Origin: Hormiphora californensis
Lineage: Eukaryota; Animalia; Ctenophora
Assembly: GCA_020137815.1 (NCBI GenBank)
Contig: CM035360.1
Coordinates: forward strand, 3,906,001-3,970,000
DNA: 64,000 nt
Reading direction: 5' to 3'
Part shown: positions 22,554 to 35,067 of the stretch, piece by piece
Layout: the number at the start of each line of letters is the position of its first letter
How positions within the stretch are numbered: the first letter of the stretch is position 1
Notes under the pieces: generated by a model
What the model was told of the DNA's origin: nothing
Seen by the model: only the letters and a program-made list of their open reading frames with translations
The model's database searches: none
Position numbers and translations under genes: made by a program

Positions 22554-23255
22554 TTAAACATACAATAAATTTATATCTATACTACTTGAATAATAAGGTG
22601 TAATTGTCTTCCCACGGTAACCCCGGAGGCTGACAATCAGAGTTTTGAGGAGACAGAACGATAGTCTCTGTCGGATGTAGCGCACCGCATCAGGGATCGA
22701 TTGTTTGGTTTTCCCGGAAAGGAGAACTGCCAGTCTGCGGTAGAACCTTTCTGCTTCACGTCCCATGGTTCCGGTGGTGGAGAACACAATGGGTGTGAAA
22801 GAAGCTTTCTCTACTTCCAGGATTCGTTCATTATACACCCTCTTTTTCTCTTTCTCGTGGGAAGCCAAGGCCGAATTCAATGACTTTTTGATGTTAGAGT
22901 CTGCACGAGAGTTAAAAATTCTGATGTCAAGGAAAGTTTTGTCCATGTCTACCCATACCTTCCTTGCAGACACGTCAAGCCTAGCTTGATCGTCGGTGTT
23001 GGCACTCTTGTACTTGAATTTTTCTCCGGTGATGGGAAGGAGATGTGGTTCAATAGTCACATCAGTGCATCCAGCCTCGGAGAGAAGATTAGCGGTGAGG
23101 TCCCGTATTTGGTTGTGGCGGAGATGGACATAACCACCAAGAGGACATGACAGACAGTGTTCCATACTGTAGCAGCTGCCACCATTACCACAGTCAGACC
23201 CATATCGTAACGGCGCCTTTAAAATCTTGGCGTCTCGCAGCGCTGAACATTTCAT
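22554..23255 (-). mobile_element. Second, divergent CRE-like REL endonuclease fragment, no RT
   Basis: EHCLSC..GG, RHNQIRD, EPHL, ARLDV, LDIRI, HEKEKKRVY and FTPIVFSTTG motifs. Open reading frame whose N-terminus appears chimeric. Confidence 0.82.
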
Positions 23256-24652
23256 TTCCCGTCAGGGTCTGGTTAGTGCTATCGATTATCTATCAATTAT
23301 TGTGAAGTTTACTCAAATAGACCATACGGTTCTCTAAAATAGTAAGATCTGACGCGAATTTTGATTGCTCGACCATAACACGAAATCTATCATGTAGTAT
23401 GTTGCCTTCTATTGGACTTGTGAAAGTTACAAATCTCACTCAGTCACTCTTCCTGTAGATACCATGTAAGACTGTAGCAGCTGCCACCATTACCCCAAAA
23501 GAGAGATTTTCCAAATGATGTACCGGACCTACAATTTTAGGTGAGTCACCCCATCCACCCACTCACTCAGGTGAGTCCTCTCTCCCATGGCAACTGCCAA
23601 ATGGTAACCATGGTAACCAAGCAGCGTGTGCAGCTGACGTGTTCTGTTTACCCCCTTCATCTTTTTAATCAAATCTCTCTCTCATGAACACGTTTCACCT
23701 TTGTGAGAGCTCCAAGAATAGAGTACTAGCTTGATAGAGAGGAGACAACCGTAACGTAGAAAATAGCCATTGGAGAGAAAGGGTTAAAGGGGAACTACGG
23801 GGAGAGAGGAGTTAGGGAGTTAGGGAGAATGTCCTTTACAGGTTGTGTTGAGTTAAGAAGCGATGATAATTCTGCAGGTTGCAGACTTATTGTCTTGAAC
23901 TACGGTGAATGAGTGAATGACTCTCTCCCTTTCCATATTTCTCCCTTTCTCTCACTAACTCTCTCTCGCTTTCTGCCTACTATATACATGTATGTGATGC
24001 TGCATACACGGCTAAGCGAGTTAAAAGTATCAACTAATGCTTGATGAAGAGAGTGAAAAATGAGAGTAGAAAGCCAATGCAATGCTCTCATCAACGAATA
24101 ATGAAAAAGTTTAGAAAAGTTGCACAATAAGTAGATCTACAAAAACTTAATAACTGTCTTGAGTCTTCACGATTCTTCTATACTATCTCATATCTGTAGA
24201 CACAGATGCACATGAATGGGGTCTGTTCAGCTCGACTCATTAAAAACTCAGATAGGTAATATCTCTCAGAGTCTCAGGTATATCTCTCAGGAATATCTCT
24301 CAGATAAACTCTAATTCCAATATATTCTTTCAGGCCCGTATCCCCTCCATCTCCCTGTGTGATTCTACCGGGAGCCATCGCCAAGGGCCTCTCTCCAATA
24401 AAACCCCGGGATAGATCGACTCTCCAGAACATCGAACCAAACAAGTGAGTGAAATGACCATTCGTTACGCATTCTGATTTCACTGAAATCAGAATGCGTA
24501 ACGAATGCATGGTTATTGGTGCGTAATTATCAAGAGAGTTTATTTCGGCCACTGGCTGAACAATTGTAGGGTGATCGCAAAGTACAAACACACTGATCCT
24601 TCCCCAACCATAGATCCACCCTTGATCACAAACAGCTCATCGTATTGATTCG

Positions 24653-25368
24653 TGCTGAAATTTCCTTGGATTGGTACAACACATGTTGGTGACATTGACA
24701 CCTAGTGCGTGCGAGATCGAGCTCGCACATAGGTGTCCGCTCCGCCCCCTAAAAAAGGGTCGTGTCTTTCAAGCCAAATTGCACGCGATCCACTGGACCG
24801 ATTTGCATCCGGTTTGTCGCAAAAGACTACAAATTGATCCTAATATACTGGAAAATACCCGAGAAGTTTGTCTGTCAACAGGAAGTGGGTCAAAATTGAC
24901 ACTGAAGTCAAATCTGTAATCTGGCTTCTGAGCCTTTTTGCACCACTCCAAGACGGTTGAGAATGAATTTGAGGGTATCAGAAGATAGGTTGAACTCTTG
25001 TGAGTACTGGAAAATACCCGGCATTAATAGCTGATGCTAATTGCATCAACATATCTCCCAATATCTTCTAAATCGCATGGGCGTAGTGCAGAATCTCTCG
25101 GAAGCCAGAATATAGATTTGACTTCAGAGTCAATTTTGACCCACTTCCTGTTGACAGACAAACTTCTCGGGTATTTTCCAGTATATTAGGATCATTTTTA
25201 GTCTTTTGCGACAAACCGGATGCAAATCGGTCCAGTGGATCGCGTGCAACATCCCTTGAAAAAAACGACCCTCTTTGGGGCGGAGCAGACACCTGTGTGT
25301 GAGCTCAATCTTGGTCGCGCACGGTGTCTATGTCACCAACAACACATGTTGTCCTGAAATCTCAGCAT
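24653..25368. mobile_element. Degenerate long-TIR MITE
   Basis: Arms about 24653-24945 and 25085-25368 are reverse complements (shared DPNILENTREVCLSTGSGSKLTLKSNL translation on opposite strands). Confidence 0.75.
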
Positions 25369-26798
25369 GTGAATTCCAACTTGGAATAGACTCACCATCC
25401 GTATTCTCTTTTAATGGCCGGGGACATTTCCAATAATCGGAGCCTTGCTTCCAATACTGCCATTATAGCTATAGTACTAGTGCACTGCAGCCAATGCACA
25501 AAATCACGAATACGTCTAATTAAAGACTTCCTACGTCATAACCGATAATTACAGTTCCAGTAATTGGGTATAATCGCGATATATTACACCCAAGTAGTAA
25601 TGTGTCAGTAGCGTGTGATGTTATATCAGCTGTAGTGTGTGTGACGTCGATAATCTTATAACGAAGAAACCATGAGTAGTTTTCCGTAGATCTATATAAT
25701 TTCGACCAATTTTAATATCATTCTCGTGCTTCTATAGGTGTAATTACAGATATATCATCTCTAGTTTCCTGTTTCTGGTAGTTCATGCATGAACAAGTGC
25801 CTCCTCCGTTATTACCGAGCTTGATTATATATAATTTCGTCTTTTTTTTTCATTTCCCACCGTTTAGTGCACGTACACGGAAATAACTATCACAACTTTC
25901 GATACACATGAGAGGTATATTAAGATATCGAAAATAAAACATGTTCTGTCGTATACCGCTGCTCCACTGATGGCGGTGGCAGTGGTAGATTAGTGGTGGT
26001 GAACAAGATATATTATAATCTGCCCAATTCCGTGGTTTATGGTATCATGGCTGGTAGGGGGCTAGCTTGTCTAAACCACACAGAGAGAAGCAGTTACCAC
26101 CTTTATACCACCACCAGTGCGTCTAATTACCTCATTACCTCTCTCCTTCCACTCAAATCCAGTCCGGTAATTGAGCTGTCTTGTTTCCTGGACATGTGTA
26201 CGTGATGGCACACACCAGCAATTCAACACATTATTGAACTGTCTTCTTTGGAGGGTTTTGATTCCTTGTTTTACTTGAAATACTAGTTTGGCCTACACCA
26301 AGGCATTATCGGTGTTTTGACGCTTTTGCCTTTACCCAATTATCTATGCTGTTACTCCCCAAAGGCATTATTGCTCAAAGGCATTATCGTATGCTACCGT
26401 TTGGCTCTCCAGTGGAGAGTCTCCACCCCGGATCGAGCACTTTACAGGATCTCAACTACCCAAATTCGAAAGAGGGTTTTGATTCCATTTTGTGCTTTTG
26501 TCTTTTCCTTACTTTCAACTTGATGTTTTAACCCTTCTTTACAATGTGAGACAGGGTCGAACAAAGCAAAACTTGAGAACTGAGAATCTATAGCAGCTAG
26601 TAAATATAATATACAATAAGGGTATTGTTATACAGCTCTCCCTTGAGACCCGTAGGCTGACATTTACTGATGAGCATTGAGCAGCACCCCTTGTAACACA
26701 TAATACATCTGCTAACTGTAAATGAGGTGCACAGGTGAGTCCTGCCTGGGCGATATCATCATCATATGCAACTATAGTCATGAATATTCATGATAGTA

Positions 26799-27657
26799 CA
26801 GTCGGACCCCGATTTAACGGCACCCTCGGGGGAAAGGGTTTTGTCCGTTAAATCGGGGTGTCCGTTAAATCGGGGTAGAGCATATTTGGCCCATAAAACC
26901 CTATTTTTGTCCAAAATGCTATACTAAAACACCTCTAAGTGTTAAATGCAATGTCCATGTATTGATTACATGATCATTTCTGATTAGAAAAAGAAAGTAA
27001 TTTCAAGATAATTTAAAAATAAGTTATAAAAATTTTCTAAGGTTTCTATATCAACCACGTCCGAATCGTTTATCGAATCGGTGCATCTTATCGCATGTCT
27101 TGCTGCTAATTAGACGAACCGATACGTGATACCATGCCGAATCGGGGCACTTTAAGCGGGGTGAGGAACAATTTGAATTTCAAAATATATTTTTCTCTGA
27201 AAATTCATGGGGAGCACCGATCAAGGCATTGACAATCATTCTGTAAAATTTTGCAAAAAAAAGTTATGAAAATTTTTCAAAGGTATATCAACCACGTCCG
27301 AATCGTGTTTCGAATCAGTGCATCTTATCGCACGTCTTGTCGCTAATTAGACGGTTCGAAACGAACCGATACGTGATCCCCATGAGGCCAGTTTAACAAG
27401 CGTCTAAATTGCGATTCGATGGGCCTCATGGGGATCACATATCTGTTCGTTTCGAACCGTCTAATTACCGGCAAGACATGCAATAAGATGCACCGATTTC
27501 AAACACGATTTGGACGTGGTTTTTCAAAAAAATTTCAAAAATAAAATTCAAAAAAAAAATTTCAAAAAAAAAATTTCAAAAAATTTTGGGGGAAATTTAT
27601 CCTGCCGTTAAATCGGGGTGCCGCTAAATCGGGGGCCGTTAAATCGGGGTCCGACTG
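26799..27657 (-). mobile_element. Non-autonomous Tigger-family element with internal direct and inverted repeats
   Basis: TA flanks at 26797-98 and 27658-59, TIR CAGTCGGACCCCGATTTAACGG. An internal ~90-110 bp unit occurs at ~27045 and ~27283 and inverted at ~27420-27520. Confidence 0.9.
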
Positions 27658-27949
27658 TAGTAGTAACAACTCATATATAGTCTCTATATCTATCCCCTTA
27701 TATCTATCCTCATTTCCCTCGGGTACCTTTAGACGTGCCCCATGATCTCTTGCAAGGTCAGTATAGTTCAGCTTCCACCTGAGGTGTAGTGCCGTAGAAG
27801 CTTCTGTAAAAAAGTTCATTATTCAATATTCCATCATTGAAAATTGAGACAAACAGCTAGCAAAATGAAAAGCCTTGATGCCATCTTTCCTCTCATTTAA
27901 CATCTCTCGACCCTTGTTGACACTGCCTCTCTTCTCTGCCTCTTTCTCT

Positions 27950-27961
27950 AGTCTCTCTCTT

Positions 27962-27992
<31 letters not shown>

Positions 27993-28016
27993 CTCTCTCA
28001 CACACACTCTCTCTCG

Positions 28017-28075
<59 letters not shown>

Positions 28076-28080
28076 TCTCT
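27950..28080. repeat. (CT)n microsatellite, representative of many (also ~30005, 30295, 34995, 36230, 42480, 49640, 55157, 62540)
   Basis: Direct observation. These repeats account for the SLSL/ERER pseudo-ORFs. Confidence 0.95.
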
Positions 28081-28432
28081 AGTTTAATTGGAAATTGAAC
28101 TGAACTAAAGCAGGTGCTTTCGTTGCCGCGTCTATTATAATAGTGCTGGGTAGTATTGTAATTTGCCGTCCAGTCTACTATGCAGTCGTAGAGATAGAGA
28201 GAGAACAATTAAGATAATTCAGAGATAGAGAGATTAGTATATCATGAAAGACGCAGTGTTTAAATTTTGAAGAATGAACTAGACTGAATGATTTGGAGGG
28301 AGTGAGTAGACTGAATGAATGAACAGTACATGGGTACTGCAGATAGTGAGAATTAAATCTCAGCTAAATGTGTCATATGGCTAGCTTAGAATTATAATTA
28401 CTTTGGGTTTGAATATCTTAATCTATATCTAG

Positions 28433-28466
<34 letters not shown>

Positions 28467-30040
28467 GTCTTTCACTGTCCCTCTCTCTCACTCTCCCTTT
28501 CCCTCTCTCTATCTTCTACATAAACTGCCGCGACAAAGCACCCCCAGCTGTGGCCTGTCTGTCTCTATCTCTCTCATTAAGTCTCAAGTGATGCACGCAG
28601 CATTATACCTAGCACTAAGAGTGTCAAGTATAGCTCTCTCGTTTTCCCCACTTTATTTTCTCCTTTTCCCGTTCATGTATACCGAGTGTTGCAAAGAATC
28701 TCTATAAATCTTAGACCCATGGCTGCAAACTACACTAGAATACCATATCCGACACTTCTCTCATTCTAGTAACGATCTCACCACGGTACCTTTCTCTCCA
28801 ATGACTTCCCAGATTAGATACGAGCAACACAGTAAATAAGCACATTCGTCATTCATATTTTGATTAGGCATGACCTGTTGCTCAAATCACAATTCCAAAT
28901 CTGTTCTTCTTTGTCTCCCCCTCCCCCTGCTGCAGGGGTCATCAAGGGGTCCTGCATGGGGAATTATTCATGACAGATCACCTCCTTCATCCTTCTTTCT
29001 CCTAGTTATGCACACTGAGTTTGTTCTCCCTCCGGCTCCCTTCTCTCCTTTTTGTCTCGCTACGTCCTCTATTTCTATTGTCCCTCACGCATATATTACA
29101 GAAGTTTTTGTGTGGTCTCAAGTTTTGCTGTGAAATGAAAATTTGTGCATTTGCTGATCCCAACTCCAAATTTCAAACAAGAGTTGATTAGATCTGCAGT
29201 ATATCTATTACAAACCTAGCGCACAATATAATGACCTCATACTATTGCTCCCAATTTACTGTTTGCAGTATTCTTTCCCTCTTTATTTTGACCATACACA
29301 ATCTTCCTTTTTAGTAGTTTTGTCTTGGCTCTGTTTCTCATTTTCTAAACTCTTTCTCACGTAGCACGTTCATTTCTAGCCACCAATGTGTCTAAAAGGC
29401 TACATTGTGTACTTAAAAAGTACTGGTTATGTCTTGTCTCATATAAGACCCTCCTCGCGATGTACAGCCAGTGTACTGGTTATGTCTTACTGCCGCTACT
29501 GCACTATGAAAGTCTTTCAAAACAGCCTTATAATTATAATTATGTACGCAACGATACCAAATTCCATACTTCCAATTTCCATACTACCAAATTTCCCTAT
29601 GTTTGTGGTTTTATATTTATGGCATAATTATTTATTGCCATTGCATAGCCAAGTGAGCGGCCGGGATGTGGCGGATGGAATTGATATTTGAGGTATAGTA
29701 GTTCGCATCCTGGATTGTGTGACGAGTTTCGAAAACAGGAAAACAAAACATTTTAATTATTTTCGAAACTCTCCACATCCAGGATGAGAACGAATTGCAA
29801 GCCATCCGTAGTATAGCATGGCCGGAACGAGTATTCTCCCCTTTGTTCATTCCTTTCAATTCGCTTTGTCAATTAGCGTTAATATTAGATTAAATCTCGC
29901 TTGGCAAGAACAGAAGATACTTTTCACCGTCTTACTCTCTCCAAATAATCTTCTACTTAGTTTCGAAACGTTTGATGTCCCTTATGACAAACTAATCGTC
30001 TAGCCCCCTCTCTCTCTCTCTCTCCCTCTCTCTCTCTCTC

Positions 30041-30102
<62 letters not shown>

Positions 30103-30119
30103 TCTCTCCTCTCTCTCGC

Positions 30120-30151
<32 letters not shown>

Positions 30152-30307
30152 CACTTTTAATCTCCGAACGAGTCTAGTTGACTGTTAGAATTGGACACAA
30201 GTGGGCAATTTCAATTCGCACTACTGCACATGACTATCCGATTAATGAAGGGAATGAAAAGCAGGGCAATCTTTTATCTTGCGTGAGTTAGCTGTCTCTC
30301 TCTCTGT

Positions 30308-30414
<107 letters not shown>

Positions 30415-30900
30415 TTATCTCTCTCCCTTTCTCTCGGCATCGCTCCATCCCTAGACATTGTTCTGGCGCCAAAGTTAGCCTCTACTAGTCTATTACTAGA
30501 TAACTACATACAATGCTTGATTATAATCGTCTTTGTATAATCTATGCAATTATTCAGGACGTCGAATTTTCAGCATTCATTATCCTTGACATTAATTATG
30601 AGAATCTTGAAATCCTTAGATCACTTTTAATCTCTGGCTATATAAACAGTGTACGATTAAATTCCATATTCTGTGTTTGTAGGAAAAAAGTAAATCAGTA
30701 CTGTTTCTCAAGGTTTTCTCCCCGGAAATCATTGCGATATAATTACGCCACGTATATTGGATCTTTCAAGTTGTGATACAGAGTCATGATACAGTCATAT
30801 ATCATAATTATGTTCGGTAAATTTAGGTCTTCTCATTACATCATTACAGTCTTTAGTGCCGCCACAATTTAATAAGCTCCCTAGCTTTATTCGCTGTCAG

Positions 30901-31020
30901 CACAGTTGTAACCCTCTATTATTAGTTTTTACTATTTAACGACACAGTTGTAACCCTCTATTATTAGTTTTTACTATTTAACGACACATTTGTGACCCTC
31001 TATTATTAGTTTTTACTATT
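30901..31020. repeat. 42-bp tandem repeat x~3 upstream of the GPCR
   Basis: CACAGTTGTAACCCTCTATTATTAGTTTTTACTATTTAACGA at 30901, 30943 and 30985. Confidence 0.9.
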
Positions 31021-31198
31021 TTCATTCCTCCATTTCCGGGTCTCCGCTCTCTCCTAATTATCACTACACACACTTGTCTCAGTTGTTCTTTGATCAGTAA
31101 TTGCCGAGCTCTAGAATTACTGCAATGTCATTGCATTAGACACGCACAAGCTGCCATTTGTTGTTCAATCTTTGATCTCTACGTTGTTCTGATACAAT

Positions 31199-32446
31199 AT
31201 GCCGTACATTCCGTTTAGCCAGATGCCCCTGAACAGAACAGAGTTCTTCTCCCACCCCGGTAACCGGACTGCCGATGCAATCATTGGATATCTCTACCTC
31301 GTTACCTTTGTCCTGGGAGTTTCCACAAATATCATCTGTGCAAAGTTCTTCTCCCGAAAAACTCGAAGGATAGACATTCCAACGGTTCTGTACACGATTA
31401 CCAGCGTTAACGATGCCCTGATATGCGTTCTAGCACTAAACATCGGTATGAACATGCTCCGCGATAGGGTGGTATGGTTGGAGCCCTTCTGTGGTGTCCA
31501 GCACATCCTCTTCCAAATGTCCCAGAGGTTATCAGTCCTTCTAGTTGCCACCCTCAGTATTACCCGCACCTACATCCTCATGTACCCTCTCCGACCGGGA
31601 CCGAGTGTCAGAGGTGTCCTTGTCATGATTGCTGTCTTCTACATCTGTATGATATTGTGGTGCACTATACCTTTGTTCCTTGGTGTCACTGTTCTTGTGT
31701 ACCACTGGGAGTCTGCCTACTGCTGGGCCGAACCACCCAACCACGGGTCGGACCATCTCTGGGATACCATTGACAATATTGGGGATTGTGTCAGTTTGGC
31801 CTTTCCAGTTCTCCCCATCACCGTTTCCTGTGTCATCTCTACCTTCAAGATTTGCTCCAGTAGTCGGCGAAGGGGCAAGTTTGATGCGGGAACCAAGCTG
31901 AGCAAGAGGTCAACCATGCGGGCAGGTGCTAAGAGCAGTGCAAAACGGAACGCAACACTGACAATAATCATTGTCACGCTACTCTACATCATATCGAATA
32001 TCCCGCTCTTCCTAAACTATGTACTGTACATTGTTACCATTGTCAAGTTGGAGTACCCGGGTCCAATCTACCGGCCAGATTTCATGTATTTCTACAGTTG
32101 GAACGTTACTGCAATGTTGGGTACGGCTGCAAACTCTACCATCAATCCCATTGTGTACATAACCCGCATTACAAAGTTCCGAACTTGGTTGTATGCCCTT
32201 GTAACGGGTGGTAAAATGGAAGCAGACCGTACTGTATCCGTCTACCCCGAGGGCCACCGAAGTGATAGTCAGTTACGGTTTTCTAACATCTCCTGCACAG
32301 CGGTGGACCGGATACCGAGTTTTAGAAGGGGTAGCTGTATCACCCCTCTTGAACCTGATGAGATCGTTATGGAGGTTGGTGGAGTGGAGGAGGAGGATGT
32401 TGGGGAGAAGAATGGGACGTTGTGTAGTACTGTTAGTAAGGTGTGA
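31199..32446 (+). CDS. Intronless rhodopsin-class (class A) GPCR, 415 aa
   Basis: Seven hydrophobic segments, N-terminal NRT glycosylation sites, TM1 Asn, TM2 Asp, Cys at the top of TM3 and in ECL2, SITRT in place of DRY, TM6 SNIP and TM7 NSTINPIVY (NPxxY). Confidence 0.9.
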   Translation: MPYIPFSQMPLNRTEFFSHPGNRTADAIIGYLYLVTFVLGVSTNIICAKFFSRKTRRIDIPTVLYTITSVNDALICVLALNIGMNMLRDRVVWLEPFCGVQHILFQMSQRLSVLLVATLSITRTYILMYPLRPGPSVRGVLVMIAVFYICMILWCTIPLFLGVTVLVYHWESAYCWAEPPNHGSDHLWDTIDNIGDCVSLAFPVLPITVSCVISTFKICSSSRRRGKFDAGTKLSKRSTMRAGAKSSAKRNATLTIIIVTLLYIISNIPLFLNYVLYIVTIVKLEYPGPIYRPDFMYFYSWNVTAMLGTAANSTINPIVYITRITKFRTWLYALVTGGKMEADRTVSVYPEGHRSDSQLRFSNISCTAVDRIPSFRRGSCITPLEPDEIVMEVGGVEEEDVGEKNGTLCSTVSKV

Positions 32447-32745
32447 TACACAATATCTGGACTCTCTAGAACTATAATTTAACTAAACACGTGTGTATTC
32501 TTCATTCCAGAGGGCTGACCCAACCTCACTCTCGAAACAAACCTACTAAAACCTTGCGTAGGTGGGGAAATCTGGCCCCACGATCACCATAATAACATGG
32601 GATTCCGTGGAAACTATGTGCAGCATCTCATGCTGTAACAACATACAGTTGTATGTAATGTGTGTAAGGTATCGATTACCATTGAGTGAATAATATTACC
32701 AGAGCTGTGGACACGTAGGTGCAGCTGCAGCACTAGGTTAATGAT

Positions 32746-32833
32746 CAGGAACCGACCGAATCTGGAAACACTGGTCCCTGATTGGCTGATAACCAGTCAC
32801 GTGACTTAAATAACGAGATCTGATTGGTTGTTT
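32746..32833. mobile_element. Truncated hAT-like MITE copy
   Basis: CAGGAACCGACCGA end plus GATTGGCTGATAACCAGTCACGTGAC core. Confidence 0.8.
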
Positions 32834-34994
32834 TTGGAGAGAGATAGACGATGGGAGGGAAAATGAGCTAAATAAATGCAAATATCTTGCTATATTTTTG
32901 CTGTATGTCTTATTATTCAAATTTCACCTTTTTCCGAAAATCTGGTTGTGGTCAAGCGATATGTGTATGTGAAAAACGAATGCATATTGCATGCAACACT
33001 CAATCAATGGTATTCTACATCTTTTTGTCTCCCTCTTTCTCTCTCACTCTCTCTCTCTCTTCTCTCTGTTTCTCTCTCACTCTCTCTTCTCTTACTCTCT
33101 CTCTCTCAATTTTGCAACATGTCTAGTAGGTTGTGCGTTCAGCCTAAAGTGCCGACTTACCATCAAGCAATACAGAGCTATAGTCGTGAAAGAAGTATCT
33201 GAGAAGAGCGAGAATGATAGAGTGAGTCGGGGAGAGAGACAGAGACGGAGACAAAGAAAAGAGAGAGAACCGGGAGTTAGAAAACTCATGATAATGATCA
33301 CAGAAATAATTCTCCTAAGTGCTCAGTCATTTTAAAAAGGACGTTGCGATAGGCACACACAAGAACGATCCTTGCATAGCAAATGATAATAAAACACTGT
33401 ATATTATATTCTCGGTTTTCTCTTTCCAAGCAGACTTTTCAGTTGAAAACATAAGTTCATTCAAGGTCATTTCTGCAGGAAAGGGGAAGGAAGTGAGAAG
33501 AGGAACTCATTCAAGGAATATACTTTCGTCTTGCCATCGTGAGTAAAATCGTGCTGGTGTATGTACTAGGAAACTATTTTATGAGGAGCATAACAAATAT
33601 AGATTCACCCAATAGTTTCAAACTGCTTGCCCAGTGCTGCAGTGGACAAATCTAAGCAGTTCACTCACTCAGTTCATTCACTCCATTCACACAGCGGCGG
33701 ACGAAGGATCAGACGAACATCACCACCCCCACGAGCCAAATCAGCCGATCAAATCCACTGTCCTAGGATTACCCAATCACCACCATCCCGTCCACCATCA
33801 TCAACACCCAAGCAGCCGCACCGTGTATCGGCATCCTTTCACCACTCCACCCCTTGTTACACCTTCAAAGTGCCGAAGAGCAACTCTGATACATTTCCAA
33901 AACCGTGTAAATTGGTGACAATTACCGCATACAGCTTTAATAGCCAAATTGTGGATTCTCAACTCATGGGAAAAACGTAAGTACATCACGATTCATCATC
34001 ATGCGGGATTAGAAAGAGAGATGTCGGTTGTTTTTGTCGGTCCGCGTTGTATCCAGCTCCGTGTTGTACAGAGCCAGCACAGTGCAGGAGGGCGCGATGA
34101 CGCGCATGATACGAAAGTTGACAATCGTGCGCGAGTGTGATTCGTTTCACAGGATGCGCGCACTGTTTCGGCGGTAAATTTTCTGGCATGGTTGTCAGCT
34201 TTTGAGAAGGCGGCTTCAGGCAACTTCTCGACATCAGGCAGCCTCTCATGGCTTTCATTGTGTGCTTCAACTTCTTCCAAACTATATAACTTTGTGGCTT
34301 AACTACTATGAATCTCATAATAAGTTATCTTTAGCATATATGGCGTAGATTGGTGGTATCGGAGCTATTATAAGAGTAAGACCTCCTTTATGGGCACTGC
34401 AAATGGCTACCACTAATTCATTGCAAGAATTACAATGAACTAGCGATCTAGGAATGGCTTCAATTTGTGGTCAAGGTGAGGATGTAGCGAATAGTTAAAT
34501 CTCAAGCTGTGGGCTTTACACACATTGTTTTTGATACTGATCAGCTTTTTCATCATCTCTATGGCATCTTACTCTGAGAGTCTCCCTCCCACTCTATTTG
34601 ATCATTCATTCATTCACTTGGCATATAGCCTAGGTCTTCTTTAGTAAGCTTGTATTTTATTACCAGATAGCTATTATTTAACTTTGAACTACTAGCCGTT
34701 ATTATGAAACTGCATTTGTAAGAGATTCGTATGATGATGAGAGAAATAAGCAGCACGGCGCCCTGAAATGCTATTTCACATGACGAATCTAGCTTCGTGT
34801 CCCCATCTAAACCGAATTTACCTCTACACAGTATGTACTTGCATCTTTTCAGATGCGGAGGAGTCTTTTCACCTCAGCTCCAGTTCTCCTTTCCATCTCA
34901 GTTCATTGATATTGATCCCTATCTCCTCTTTCAATCCTCCATCTCAATCATCTCTCGATCTGGATCAGTTGATATTTGTTTTTTACCCTCTCCA

Positions 34995-35067
<73 letters not shown>

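Noticed and set aside
26669-26734. Additional candidate phase-2 exon ending CACAG|GTGAGT
   Set aside because: In-frame TAA between the ATG and the donor, so it was not counted.
29680-29700. ATTTGAG|GT as a possible spliced-leader RNA gene end
   Set aside because: No leader-like upstream sequence, Sm site or tandem array could be supported.
30901-31020. Regular repeats resembling a CRISPR array (also 4351-4543)
   Set aside because: Head-to-tail repeats without unique spacers, in a eukaryotic context with no cas genes.
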